Of a stretch of 64,000 nucleotides of DNA, positions 9,241-18,818 are shown piece by piece (the first letter of the stretch is position 1; each line of letters opens with the position of its first letter). The notes under the pieces are model-generated. The model had not been told where the DNA came from. It saw nothing but the letters and a program-made list of their open reading frames with translations, and made no database searches. A program made the translations under genes and the position numbers. Source of the stretch: Candidatus Blochmannia vicinus (nom. nud.) (GTDB lineage: Bacteria > Pseudomonadota > Gammaproteobacteria > Enterobacterales > Enterobacteriaceae); the NCBI GenBank assembly GCA_030020825.1, contig CP125213.1, forward strand, positions 24,379 through 88,378, given 5' to 3'.

Positions 9241-10524
9241 TTATTCCCATTTGATTAAACAATAGTGTTTTTTTCCGCGCTTTAACAAGGTAAAACGATC
9301 ATATAATTTATCAGAAGCATTAAACACATATTCTGTTTTTAATTGTTTTTTTGAGTTTATAGTAATGCTGTTAGACATAATTAATTTTCGTGCTTGTGAT
9401 CGGGAGGATGCTAAGTTAGATTCTACCAGTGCTTGTTGTAATGTAATGCCTAGCTTGAGTAGTACAGACGGCACGCCATCTTGTAATAATTGTTTGAAGT
9501 CATTTAAAGTTAGTTTATGTGTTTGTCCTGTGAAAAGATTATTAGTAATATTTTGAGCAGTTTTTAGTCCTTCTTTTCCATGAACCAATCGGGTAATATT
9601 TTCTGCTAATATAGTTTGAGCTTGTGGTTTTGTATTACTAATATTATCTTCTTGTTTTAATTTGTTAATTGTATTTGCATCTATATTGGTAAAGATATTA
9701 AGAAAATGATATACCTCTTTATCAGAAGAGTTAATCCAATATTGATAAAATTTATAAGGACTAGTTTTTTTTCCATCTAGCCATATTGTATTTTTTTCTG
9801 TTTTTCCAAATTTAATATTATCAGATTTAATGAGTAAAGGTACAGTAAGTCCGTAGACAGTGCTTTTATACATTCGATGTACTAAATCGATGCCTGAAAC
9901 AATATTTCCCCATTGATCAGAACCTCCGATTTGTAGTATTGCGTCGTATTTTTTATATAAATGAACAAAATCGTAACTTTGTAACAAATTATAGGAAAAT
10001 TCAGAATAAGAGATGCCATAATTTTTTTTTTGTAATCTTTGTTTTATAGAGTCTTTATTAATCATTTTGTTTACAGAAAAAAATTTTCCAATATCTCTTA
10101 AAAATGTTAGGAACGAGATAGAAGATAACCAATCATAATTATTAACTATACAAGCTTGTGGATGTGGGTTACAAGAACAATCTATAAATAGAGAAATTTG
10201 ATGTTTTATTTTTTCTGACCATTTTTGTACTGTATCAATTAAATTGATGTTTCGATTTGATTTTTTAAAACTTGGATCTCCTATTAATCCAGTCCCTCCT
10301 CCTATTAGAATTATAGGGCGATGTCCAAATATCTGAAATTGTCTTAAACATAATAGTGGAACTAAGTGTCCTATATGTAGACTATCAGATGTTGGATCAA
10401 ATCCACAATATAAAGTTATTGATTTTGATTTTAATATTTCAATCAATGATTTTTTATCTGTAATTTGAGCTATTAAATTACGTTCATATAGATATTGTAT
10501 TATGTTTAAATTTTTATTGTTCAT
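9241..10524 (-). CDS. tyrS: Tyrosyl-tRNA synthetase
   Basis: YCGFDPT, HIGH, QIGGSDQWGNI, KFGKT motifs; C-terminal S4-like domain. Confidence 0.98.
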   Translation of the reverse strand: MNNKNLNIIQYLYERNLIAQITDKKSLIEILKSKSITLYCGFDPTSDSLHIGHLVPLLCLRQFQIFGHRPIILIGGGTGLIGDPSFKKSNRNINLIDTVQKWSEKIKHQISLFIDCSCNPHPQACIVNNYDWLSSISFLTFLRDIGKFFSVNKMINKDSIKQRLQKKNYGISYSEFSYNLLQSYDFVHLYKKYDAILQIGGSDQWGNIVSGIDLVHRMYKSTVYGLTVPLLIKSDNIKFGKTEKNTIWLDGKKTSPYKFYQYWINSSDKEVYHFLNIFTNIDANTINKLKQEDNISNTKPQAQTILAENITRLVHGKEGLKTAQNITNNLFTGQTHKLTLNDFKQLLQDGVPSVLLKLGITLQQALVESNLASSRSQARKLIMSNSITINSKKQLKTEYVFNASDKLYDRFTLLKRGKKHYCLIKWE

Positions 10525-10645
10525 ATAGAAATATTTTAGTAAATTAAATAAGGATGTTATATGTACTTATATATTGGATGTTATTATATTAATTTGATTA
10601 TATTTCGATATATTATCAAATTTATTGGAATCATAGTAATTATAA

Positions 10646-11296
10646 TTAAGGAGACAAACGGTCAATACACCATGTATGATTATATCGTTGATATATAAAT
10701 CGGTCATGTAATCTATTTATTCCGCCTTGCCAGAATTCCATGCTATTTATATTAATTTTATATCCACCCCAAAATTCAGGAAATGGTATTTTTTTATCTA
10801 AATATTTTTTTTTAAACTCTAAAAATTTATTGTTAAGAATATTTTTAGAGGAGATAACTTTGGATTGATTGGATACCCATGTATTGATTTGGTTATTTTT
10901 TGGACGTGTATAAAATTGTTTCAAAACTTCTTTTTCTGAAAGTTTACAAACAATTCCGGTTATCAGTATTTGTCTATCTATTATATTCCAAGGAAAGCAT
11001 AAACTAACTTTTGGGTTATTAGCCAAATGTATAGCTTTACGACTATTAAGATTAGTAAAAAATATCATTTCTTTATTGTTAAATCCTTTTAATAGTACCA
11101 TACGTTGATAAGGTTGACCAGTATGATCTACTGTAGCTAAGCACATTGCAGTAGGATCAGGTACTTGCGCAAAATAAGCTTGATTTAACCACATTGAAAA
11201 CAACTGAATAGGTTGGTCAGTCAAGTCTGAATAACGCAGTTGTCCAAATGTATATTCTCGTCTGATATGAGAGATATTAGTGTTATCTACTGACAT
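10646..11296 (-). CDS. pdxH: Pyridoxine/pyridoxamine 5'-phosphate oxidase
   Basis: RMVLLKG, EFWQG..RLHDRF and RLSP C-terminus; adjacent to tyrS. Confidence 0.97.
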   Translation of the reverse strand: MSVDNTNISHIRREYTFGQLRYSDLTDQPIQLFSMWLNQAYFAQVPDPTAMCLATVDHTGQPYQRMVLLKGFNNKEMIFFTNLNSRKAIHLANNPKVSLCFPWNIIDRQILITGIVCKLSEKEVLKQFYTRPKNNQINTWVSNQSKVISSKNILNNKFLEFKKKYLDKKIPFPEFWGGYKININSMEFWQGGINRLHDRFIYQRYNHTWCIDRLSP

Positions 11297-11594
11297 AAAA
11301 TATTGATTTAATATTAATTTTTTTAAAATACAATAACATATTTTGTATTATTACTTAAAATAAATAATAGCATGGGAAAAGGTAGGAATAATAATTAATA
11401 TATTTTAGTACTTGTAATATAAGCTCGTTTATTATATAGAGGTTACAGTTTATAACTGATAAGTAATAATGATTAAGTATTTATAACAGTATAGGGCTTA
11501 AGCTGAGGAAGTTTGTTGTTATAAAGTTTACTTATTACTATATAAGTGTATAGGTACTATTGATAAATATATGTTCTAAATTTTATAGATATTC

Positions 11595-12029
11595 TTAATT
11601 TTTATTATGTAAATTTATGATATTTTTTTCTAATTTAGAAATGATGTTATTTAGAAAAATTATTTCTTCATGATTAATGCCATTAAAAATCTCGTTTCTA
11701 GTAATAGAAATGACCCGATTTACTTCGATAATAACAGGTTGAGCCTTTTCAGTTAATTTAATTCGCTTAGCTCGTCGATCATTAACACAAGTGTGTCTGA
11801 TAATTAATGCTTTTTCTTCAAGTTGGTCCAGTGTTCTTACTAAAGATGGTTGTTCAATTCCTATGGCTTTTGCTAATTGGATTTGAGATTGTTCCGGAGG
11901 TAATCGACAAATATTATGTAATGTAATCCAATGTGTTTGTGTGAGTTTTAAAGGCTTTAAACGATGATCAATTAAAGCGCGCCATATTCTTACAAGACGC
12001 GCTAAATCTGATCCTAATGGTGATTCCAA
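11595..12029 (-). CDS. slyA: MarR-family regulator SlyA/RovA (TTG start)
   Basis: [27 protein letters not shown]...[25 protein letters not shown]...DRRAKRI; AAGGA upstream. Confidence 0.97.
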   Translation of the reverse strand: MESPLGSDLARLVRIWRALIDHRLKPLKLTQTHWITLHNICRLPPEQSQIQLAKAIGIEQPSLVRTLDQLEEKALIIRHTCVNDRRAKRIKLTEKAQPVIIEVNRVISITRNEIFNGINHEEIIFLNNIISKLEKNIINLHNKN

Positions 12030-12213
12030 TTTTTTTTCCTTTTAATTAAGTTTATTTTATTTAGATATGTTATTGATTATAAGTAAGTTAATTACCACTT
12101 ATATAAGTATATTGTTCATAATAATAAACATGGTATATAATGCATGCTTATGATCATAGGTTAGTAATTGTAATATGTTATTATATAGAATTTAATTCAT
12201 TAAAGTATAGCAT

Positions 12214-12281
12214 ATATTTATTATTGTAGGTAAATTATTTTAATATTTATATTAAAATAATTTACCTACAATAATAAATAT
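12214..12281. repeat. 33-bp perfect inverted repeat with 2-nt centre between divergent slyA and rnt
   Basis: atatttattattgtaggtaaattattttaatat (12214-12246) pairs base for base with 12249-12281. Confidence 0.9.
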
Positions 12282-12820
12282 TTATATAAAATGTAAAAGT
12301 AAATAATTATTAATAATTATTTAAAAAATTTTATTATATTAGCATCATTTATATTTAATTGATAAATATATGAAGTAATTAAAATTAAAATTAATAAGAA
12401 TAGTATATGTTTTTATGTATGTATAGATTAGTATTATCTATAACTTTGTATAAATAATATATATGATGTTTGTATATTTATATAAAATGAAATTATTATA
12501 GTCTATTTTTATATTTTAAATATTTTTGGCGTAAGAAATTGTAATTACTTAATTGAATAAAAATATTTTGTTAATAAATAAATAATAAATTTTAATGGTA
12601 GTGTTGTATCAAAATTTTAATTAATATTTTAAACTTGCAGGAATGTTTATGTTTATTAAATTATGTTTACAACAAGTAAATTTGTTGTTTAATAAACTGA
12701 TTGTGTGTTACATATTAATAATAAAACTGTTGTAATTTTATACAATAAATGGTGAAGATATATTAAAATCTGTGATAATATTAGTCGTTTATTTCATGTA
12801 GATATAATCTTATAATAAAT

Positions 12821-13474
12821 ATGATTTATAAAGATGATCAAAATACTCTTCGAGCGCGATTTCGCGGGTATTATCCAGTCGTAATTGATGTAGAAACGGC
12901 AGGTCTGAATGCTAATACTGACGCTTTATTAGAAATTGCTGTTGTTACTCTTAAAATGGACGCATACGGTTGGTTGTGTGTTGATGATTCCATTAATTTT
13001 CATATTAAATCATTTCCTGGAGCTATTATCCAACCAGAATCATTAGCTTTTAATAGAATTGACCTAAATAGTCCTTTAAGATCTGCAGTAACAGAACAGG
13101 AAGCATTACGTGAAATTTTTGAAATGGTACGTCAGGGTATTGAAACTCAAGAATGTAGTCGTGCTATTATTGTAGCGCATAATGCGTCTTTTGATCATAG
13201 TTTTTTAATGGCAGCAGTAGAGCGTGTAAGTTTTATGAAAAATAATCCATTTCATCCTTTTGTTACATTCGATACTGCTACTTTAAGTGGGTTAGTATTT
13301 GGACAAACTGTATTGGCTAAGGCGTGCGCTCGTGCAGGAGTTTTTTTTGATAAAAAAAAAGCACATTCTGCGTTATATGATACTGAGCGTACTGCGATGT
13401 TATTTTGTGAATTGGTGAATAGATGGAAAAGACTTGGTGGTTGGCCATTAACTCCTTGCGACTCTAATTTCTAA
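12821..13474 (+). CDS. rnt: Ribonuclease T
   Basis: [23 protein letters not shown] and HSALYDT DEDDh motifs. Confidence 0.98.
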   Translation: MIYKDDQNTLRARFRGYYPVVIDVETAGLNANTDALLEIAVVTLKMDAYGWLCVDDSINFHIKSFPGAIIQPESLAFNRIDLNSPLRSAVTEQEALREIFEMVRQGIETQECSRAIIVAHNASFDHSFLMAAVERVSFMKNNPFHPFVTFDTATLSGLVFGQTVLAKACARAGVFFDKKKAHSALYDTERTAMLFCELVNRWKRLGGWPLTPCDSNF

Positions 13475-13588
13475 TTAGACTATTGTTTAATAATTTTGTA
13501 TTTTATGGTAAAAATAAAAATTTTTAGATAATGTATATTATATTATATATAATTTGGTATTATTTTAAAAATAAGTGAACTAATCTAG

Positions 13589-13921
13589 TTATATATTATG
13601 TTGTAACTTAACTTGATCGATTAGAATTTTTAGTTCTCCTGTTCGATGCATATTAATTATTATATCTGAACCGCCTATTAATTTTCCCTTTATCCATAAT
13701 TGTGGGAAAGTAGGCCAGTTAGAAAATTTTGGTAAAGCATACCTAATATCTAAATGAACTAATACATCAACGTAAAGAAAGGATTGTATATAATAAGTAG
13801 ACAACACTTGTGCAGCTTTTGAAGAAAAGCCACACTTAGGGGCATCCGGAGTACCTTTCATATATAGGACAACGGTATTTTTTTCTATTTGATTTTTAAT
13901 TTTTTCTATTACATTATTCAT
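13589..13921 (-). CDS. grxD: Monothiol glutaredoxin 4
   Basis: LYMKGTP..PKCGFS, WPTFPQLW..G.LIGGSD. Confidence 0.96.
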   Translation of the reverse strand: MNNVIEKIKNQIEKNTVVLYMKGTPDAPKCGFSSKAAQVLSTYYIQSFLYVDVLVHLDIRYALPKFSNWPTFPQLWIKGKLIGGSDIIINMHRTGELKILIDQVKLQHNI

Positions 13922-14043
13922 TTGTATTTTTTACTAAAAGCTTAAATTATATTTGATAAATTTATTATGTAATTTTATTTATATTTTCATGTTCCAAAGG
14001 AGTTTAGTAGTTATAATCAATTTTTGAATTTAGTTATATATTT

Positions 14044-14685
14044 TTACTTATTGTCAATATAGGTACTATTTTTTAAATTAATAATTGATAATGTTCTTTC
14101 AACACTGTTTATAACAGATTTTGTGATAATGTCAATCTCAATATTTATTATATTACCTATTTGTTTATCTCCAAGTGTTGTTTTTATAGCGGTATATGGA
14201 GTTAAACAAACACGTATATAATTATTGAGTATTTTACTTACCGTAAGACTTACTCCTTCTACACCAATTGATCCTTGTTTTAGGATATATTTTTGAAAAT
14301 ATTTATTTCTTATACTAAACCATATTATTTTATTATTTCTTGAAGTAATTATTTTTTTAATTTTTCCAGTGCAATCAATATGTCCAGTCATTAAATGCCC
14401 ACCAATTTCAGAATGATAACTGAGTGGTCTTTCTATATTGATTAAGTCTCCTATTTTTAACATGTCCATATTGGTTATTTTTAATGTTTCATGTATTAGG
14501 TTAAAACTGACTAAATTGCGTTTAATTGCAATAACTGTCAAACAACATCCATTATTTGATATAGAACAACCAATTTTTAAATTTGAAAGCAAATGCATGG
14601 GTAATGTAATTGTATATGTTTTAAAATTAGTTGTTTCATTAATTTCATAAACAGGAACGATAGCTTGTATAATACCTGAAAACAT
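14044..14685 (-). CDS. ribC: Riboflavin synthase (alpha chain)
   Basis: Start set at MFSGII (14685) to match the conserved MFTGIV N-terminus, giving 213 aa; NGCCLTV, GGHLMTGH, GVSLTV motifs. Confidence 0.95.
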   Translation of the reverse strand: MFSGIIQAIVPVYEINETTNFKTYTITLPMHLLSNLKIGCSISNNGCCLTVIAIKRNLVSFNLIHETLKITNMDMLKIGDLINIERPLSYHSEIGGHLMTGHIDCTGKIKKIITSRNNKIIWFSIRNKYFQKYILKQGSIGVEGVSLTVSKILNNYIRVCLTPYTAIKTTLGDKQIGNIINIEIDIITKSVINSVERTLSIINLKNSTYIDNK

Positions 14686-15008
14686 ATTTTTCAATATACT
14701 ATCATGTATAATGTCAAATTTTATTTGATTCTCAGTATAACATACACCTTTTTTTTGTTAAACATATCTTGAAGACATTTAAATAACTATAATAAAAATG
14801 TGCTTTCATGATATAAGATATGTTCAAAATATTTGATGTGTGATAAAATTATGGGTGGTTTTATTTTTTGATGTATAGATTATTTAATTTTCACTTTTGA
14901 GGTATCTTAGTTAAGTTTTAGAAAAAAGTCAAATAATTAAAGTTAGTAGAATAACAGTAATATTGATTAGTGTAAGTAAGTAGTAATAGAGTAGTATTGT
15001 TGTTGTGT

Positions 15009-15083
15009 GCGTTCTTAGCTCAGATTGGTTAGAGCACTACCTTGACATGGTAGAGGTCGATGGTTCAAGTCCATTAGAACGCA
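15009..15083 (+). tRNA. tRNA-Val (anticodon GAC); CCA not encoded
   Basis: Acceptor stem GCGTTCT/AGAACGC, D-arm GCTC/GAGC, anticodon arm CTACC-TTGACAT-GGTAG, T-loop TTCAAGT; sits at the valV/valW position. Confidence 0.97.
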
Positions 15084-15324
15084 TTGGTTATAATAGTACA
15101 ACATTACAACATGTTAAATAAAATGATTGTAGTTATTTGTGCATATATGTGAAAATTGTTTAAACTAATGTATTATAGTAGAACTGAAATTTAAAGTAAA
15201 ACTGTGATTTTTATTTATATAAAAATATAACGTAGTTGCTGTTTTATATAAAAAATATAAAAAGTTATGGTTATATTATTGTGTTTATTGTATGAAGATT
15301 TTTTCGTTAAAAAATAGAAATAAG

Positions 15325-15348
15325 AAACATATCTTAATAGATATGTTT
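15325..15348. repeat. 10-bp inverted repeat upstream of lpp
   Basis: aaacatatct-taat-agatatgttt, 52-75 nt before the lpp ATG; function unknown. Confidence 0.5.
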
Positions 15349-15399
15349 AATACGAGTTATATATAATTTAAATATATTTAATAAAGGAGAATATTGAAG

Positions 15400-15636
15400 A
15401 TGAATCGTAATAGATTAGTATGCTCTGCAATTATTTTAAGTTCTTTTGTATTAGTTAGTTGTGCGAGTACAACTAAAATAAAAGAATTATCTTCTGAAGT
15501 ACATGATTTAAATGAAAAAATTGATCAGATCAGTAGTGATATAGATAATTTACGTCCTGAAGTAGAAAAAAATAAAAGTGAAGCAGCACGAGCTAATCAA
15601 CGTATCGATAATCAAGTCACTTCTTATCATAAGTAA
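15400..15636 (+). CDS. lpp: Major outer membrane (Braun) lipoprotein
   Basis: ATG at 15400 preferred over TTG at 15394 (AAGGAG about 10 nt upstream). Lipobox LVSC, heptad repeats, [11 protein letters not shown]-terminal YHK; 58-aa mature peptide. Confidence 0.96.
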   Translation: MNRNRLVCSAIILSSFVLVSCASTTKIKELSSEVHDLNEKIDQISSDIDNLRPEVEKNKSEAARANQRIDNQVTSYHK

Positions 15637-15709
15637 TTTAAGTAGGAATGTATCAAAATATTTATATATGATTTATGGGTTATCGTTATAACGATAATAG
15701 AAAGGAAAT

Positions 15710-15769
15710 AAAACACAACATCATTAATTCCTATCAAATATTTGATAGGAATTAATGATGTTGTGTTTT
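15710..15769. terminator. 60-bp loopless perfect palindrome between convergent lpp and sufE (candidate bidirectional terminator)
   Basis: aaaacacaacatcattaattcctatcaaat|atttgataggaattaatgatgttgtgtttt is self-complementary over all 60 nt. Confidence 0.7.
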
Positions 15770-15843
15770 GATGATTTTATTATCAATTTTAAAAAATACA
15801 TAATTAATTAATCATTTATTAATGTATGTAGAAATATAAAAAA

Positions 15844-16278
15844 TTATTCTTTATATAAAGCATTAGCTTGGGAATGTATAGAGTTTAATATTAAGTATAT
15901 TCCTTGGGATCGAGATATGGTTAAGTTTTGTTTTAATTGTAATTGATCTATTAAAAATGGTTTAATATCAATGTTAATAGCTTCTTGTAAGCTTAATCCT
16001 TGGTATAAGCTGAAAATTATAGTGATGATTCCTTTGACAATAGCAGAATCACTATATCCGTGTAGTTTTATTAAATTATTGTGGAGAATTATAGAGTGAG
16101 TTAAAGCAATCCATGTTTGACTTTGGCATCCGGAAATTAAATGTTTTTTTATTCGCATATTTGTTGGAAAATCAGGTAATAGTTTTCCGAGATGGATTAT
16201 ATACATATATCTTTCTTCCCAATTGATACAACTTAAAAAATTTCGTAGTAATTGAGCTTTTGTTGGGAATTTCGTCAT
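15844..16278 (-). CDS. sufE: Cysteine desulfuration protein SufE
   Basis: WEERYMYIIHLG, ISGCQS, SDSAIVKG, SRSQG motifs. Confidence 0.95.
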   Translation of the reverse strand: MTKFPTKAQLLRNFLSCINWEERYMYIIHLGKLLPDFPTNMRIKKHLISGCQSQTWIALTHSIILHNNLIKLHGYSDSAIVKGIITIIFSLYQGLSLQEAINIDIKPFLIDQLQLKQNLTISRSQGIYLILNSIHSQANALYKE

Positions 16279-16299
16279 TATTTTGTTTTAGTATAATTA

Positions 16300-17532
16300 T
16301 TATTGATTAAGTAAATGTTGTACTTTAGTTAGTCCGTGTGCTAACTGGTCGATATCTTCTTTATTTGTATACATAGCTAACGATGCTCGGCACATACCTG
16401 GTACTTTAAAATAATTCATAATAGGTATTGCACAATGATGTCCTGTTCGTATAGCAATACCGTATTGATTTAATAACATTCCAATGTCATATGAATGATG
16501 CGTGCCTACATTAAAGGCAATAATGCTACTTTTCATGCTTTTTGGCCCATACAATATTAAACCTGGAATTTTTTGTAATATATTTGTAGCATAATGGATT
16601 AGTTGGTCTTCATAAGTATGAATTTTGTCAATTCCTATTGATTTGACATATTCTATAGCATTATTTAATCCTATAATACCACCAATGTTAGGAGAACCTG
16701 ATTCAAATTTCCAAGGAGAATCTATAAACGTCGTGTCTTGAATTAAACTTACATCTTGAACTATTCCTCCCCCTACTATCCATGGGGGCATTTTTTGAAG
16801 TAATTCTTTTTTCCCATACATGACACCAATACCAGAAGGTCCATATATTTTATGTCCGGAAAATACATAAAAATCACAATTTAATTTCTGTACATCTACT
16901 GGTTGGTGGGCAATTCCTTGCGCTCCATCTATTAGTATTAAAGCATCGCTTTTTTTTCTCACTATATTAGTTATTTCTATTAATGGGTTAATTGTTCCTA
17001 AAACATTAGACATATGTGATATCGATAAGAGTCGAGTACGATGATCTATAAGTTTTGGTAAGCTGGATATATCTAATGTGCCGTTAGGAGTTAATGGTAT
17101 ATAACGCAATATTATTTTTTTGTTTTTTGCTAATATTTGCCATGGAATGATATTGGAGTGGTGTTCCATTTCAGTTATAATAATATTGTCTCCGTAATTT
17201 GTAAAATTATGACCCCAACTATTGGCAATTAAGTTAATAGCTTCAGTAGTGTTTTTAACAAAAATAATTTCTTCTCTAGATGCATTAATAAAATTAGCTA
17301 TACGTAAGCGTGCTTTTTCCATTTGATCAGTCGATTCAGTACTTAACGTATGAATACCTCGATGCACAGCAGCATATTCATTGCGATAATAATTAGCTTG
17401 TGCGTCTATAACAATATTGGGTTTTTGAGCAGCTGCAGCGTTATCAAGATAAGTAAGAGGGTGTTGATTTATAATACGACTTAATATAGGAAAATCTGAT
17501 CTAATTTTTTCTATAGGATACATTGTTATCAT
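16300..17532 (-). CDS. sufS: Cysteine desulfurase SufS
   Basis: YLDNAA, PLP lysine SGHK, RTGHHCA; ATGA overlap with sufD. Confidence 0.97.
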   Translation of the reverse strand: MITMYPIEKIRSDFPILSRIINQHPLTYLDNAAAAQKPNIVIDAQANYYRNEYAAVHRGIHTLSTESTDQMEKARLRIANFINASREEIIFVKNTTEAINLIANSWGHNFTNYGDNIIITEMEHHSNIIPWQILAKNKKIILRYIPLTPNGTLDISSLPKLIDHRTRLLSISHMSNVLGTINPLIEITNIVRKKSDALILIDGAQGIAHQPVDVQKLNCDFYVFSGHKIYGPSGIGVMYGKKELLQKMPPWIVGGGIVQDVSLIQDTTFIDSPWKFESGSPNIGGIIGLNNAIEYVKSIGIDKIHTYEDQLIHYATNILQKIPGLILYGPKSMKSSIIAFNVGTHHSYDIGMLLNQYGIAIRTGHHCAIPIMNYFKVPGMCRASLAMYTNKEDIDQLAHGLTKVQHLLNQ

Positions 17533-18818
17533 GTTACTATCCTTGATAAAGCTTTATTTATTCTTGTCAAAACGGTATCTTGTACTACATCATTTTCAAT
17601 TGATTCTATAATTTCAACAGAAAAAGCGTAAATCAGCATTTTTAATGCATCTTTTTTTAGAATACCTCGTGTACTTAGATAAAATAGATGTTCAGAATCA
17701 ATTTGTCCTATTGTTGATCCATGACTACATTTTACATCATCGGAGTAAATCTCAAGTTTAGGAGTGCTACTAATGTTTGCATCTTGGTGTAATAGTAAGT
17801 TATTGTTTGTCATTTTTCCGTCAGTTTTAATAGAATTTGGATTTACTTTTATTAATCCATTAAATACACCAGTGCTGCAATCGCATGCAATTATTTTATG
17901 TAATTGTCTGCTTATAGCGTGTTCTTGATTGTTATGTTCTAAATAAGTTCGCATATCTCCAATATCTTGTTTTGATAGCAATATTAAGCTATTTAGTGAT
18001 AAAGATGCTCCTGAGTCATTGATCTGTGCGCTAGTTTGATGACATGTAAGTTTAGGACCAAGAATAACAAAGATACTACTGTCTACATTTGCATACTGTC
18101 CTACGTTAATATCATTATGTGCTATATGGTAACTTTCACGATTTTCAAATACTAATTTAATATGGTGTAATTTAGCGTTATTTCCTATTTTCATAGATGC
18201 ACGTGCACCACTAAAGTGTGCATTTTTATTTACACTAATAAAATGTTCTATAATACAGGTATTGGAATGACGTCCGATTTCAAGATAGTGATAATAATGC
18301 GATGTAATTAATTTATTTTTTGTATTAGATCCTTCATTAATATATAATAAATACAGTGGTTTTTTTGTTATTTTTTTCGCAGGCAAAGTTATATGTATTG
18401 TTGCATCACTTAGGCATTCAGTTAAATATAAGAACATTTCCGGTTGAATTGGATTAGGTAATGCATAACGATTGGAATTACGATTGATTTTAATTATCCA
18501 TGGATCAATGTTCTTATCACTTAATTCCGGCGAGAATTTACCGTTGATAAATGTTAGACGATAGGAATCTATAGAAAGTCCTAGTTTTTTATATTTAGAT
18601 TCGTTAAATTCAATATTTTTGGAGGAGTCGAAATTGTAGGTTAACAATTCTTCAAGTGAAGTGTGTTTCCAATTATCACTTTTGAGATCTGGTAATCCGA
18701 GCGTTTCAATGTGTTTCCAGTGCTTATTTATTAGATTTGAATTATTACTATTTTTTTGTTTAAATAATTGGTACCACTCATTTAGTACTCTATTTTTATT
18801 ATCAAGATAACCAGCCAT
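17529..18818 (-). CDS. sufD: Fe-S assembly protein SufD
   Basis: Start set at MAGY (18818) by analogy to the E. coli MAGL N-terminus; KTDGKMTNNNLLL, PKLEIYSDDVKCSHG. Confidence 0.94.
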   Translation of the reverse strand: MAGYLDNKNRVLNEWYQLFKQKNSNNSNLINKHWKHIETLGLPDLKSDNWKHTSLEELLTYNFDSSKNIEFNESKYKKLGLSIDSYRLTFINGKFSPELSDKNIDPWIIKINRNSNRYALPNPIQPEMFLYLTECLSDATIHITLPAKKITKKPLYLLYINEGSNTKNKLITSHYYHYLEIGRHSNTCIIEHFISVNKNAHFSGARASMKIGNNAKLHHIKLVFENRESYHIAHNDINVGQYANVDSSIFVILGPKLTCHQTSAQINDSGASLSLNSLILLSKQDIGDMRTYLEHNNQEHAISRQLHKIIACDCSTGVFNGLIKVNPNSIKTDGKMTNNNLLLHQDANISSTPKLEIYSDDVKCSHGSTIGQIDSEHLFYLSTRGILKKDALKMLIYAFSVEIIESIENDVVQDTVLTRINKALSRIVT

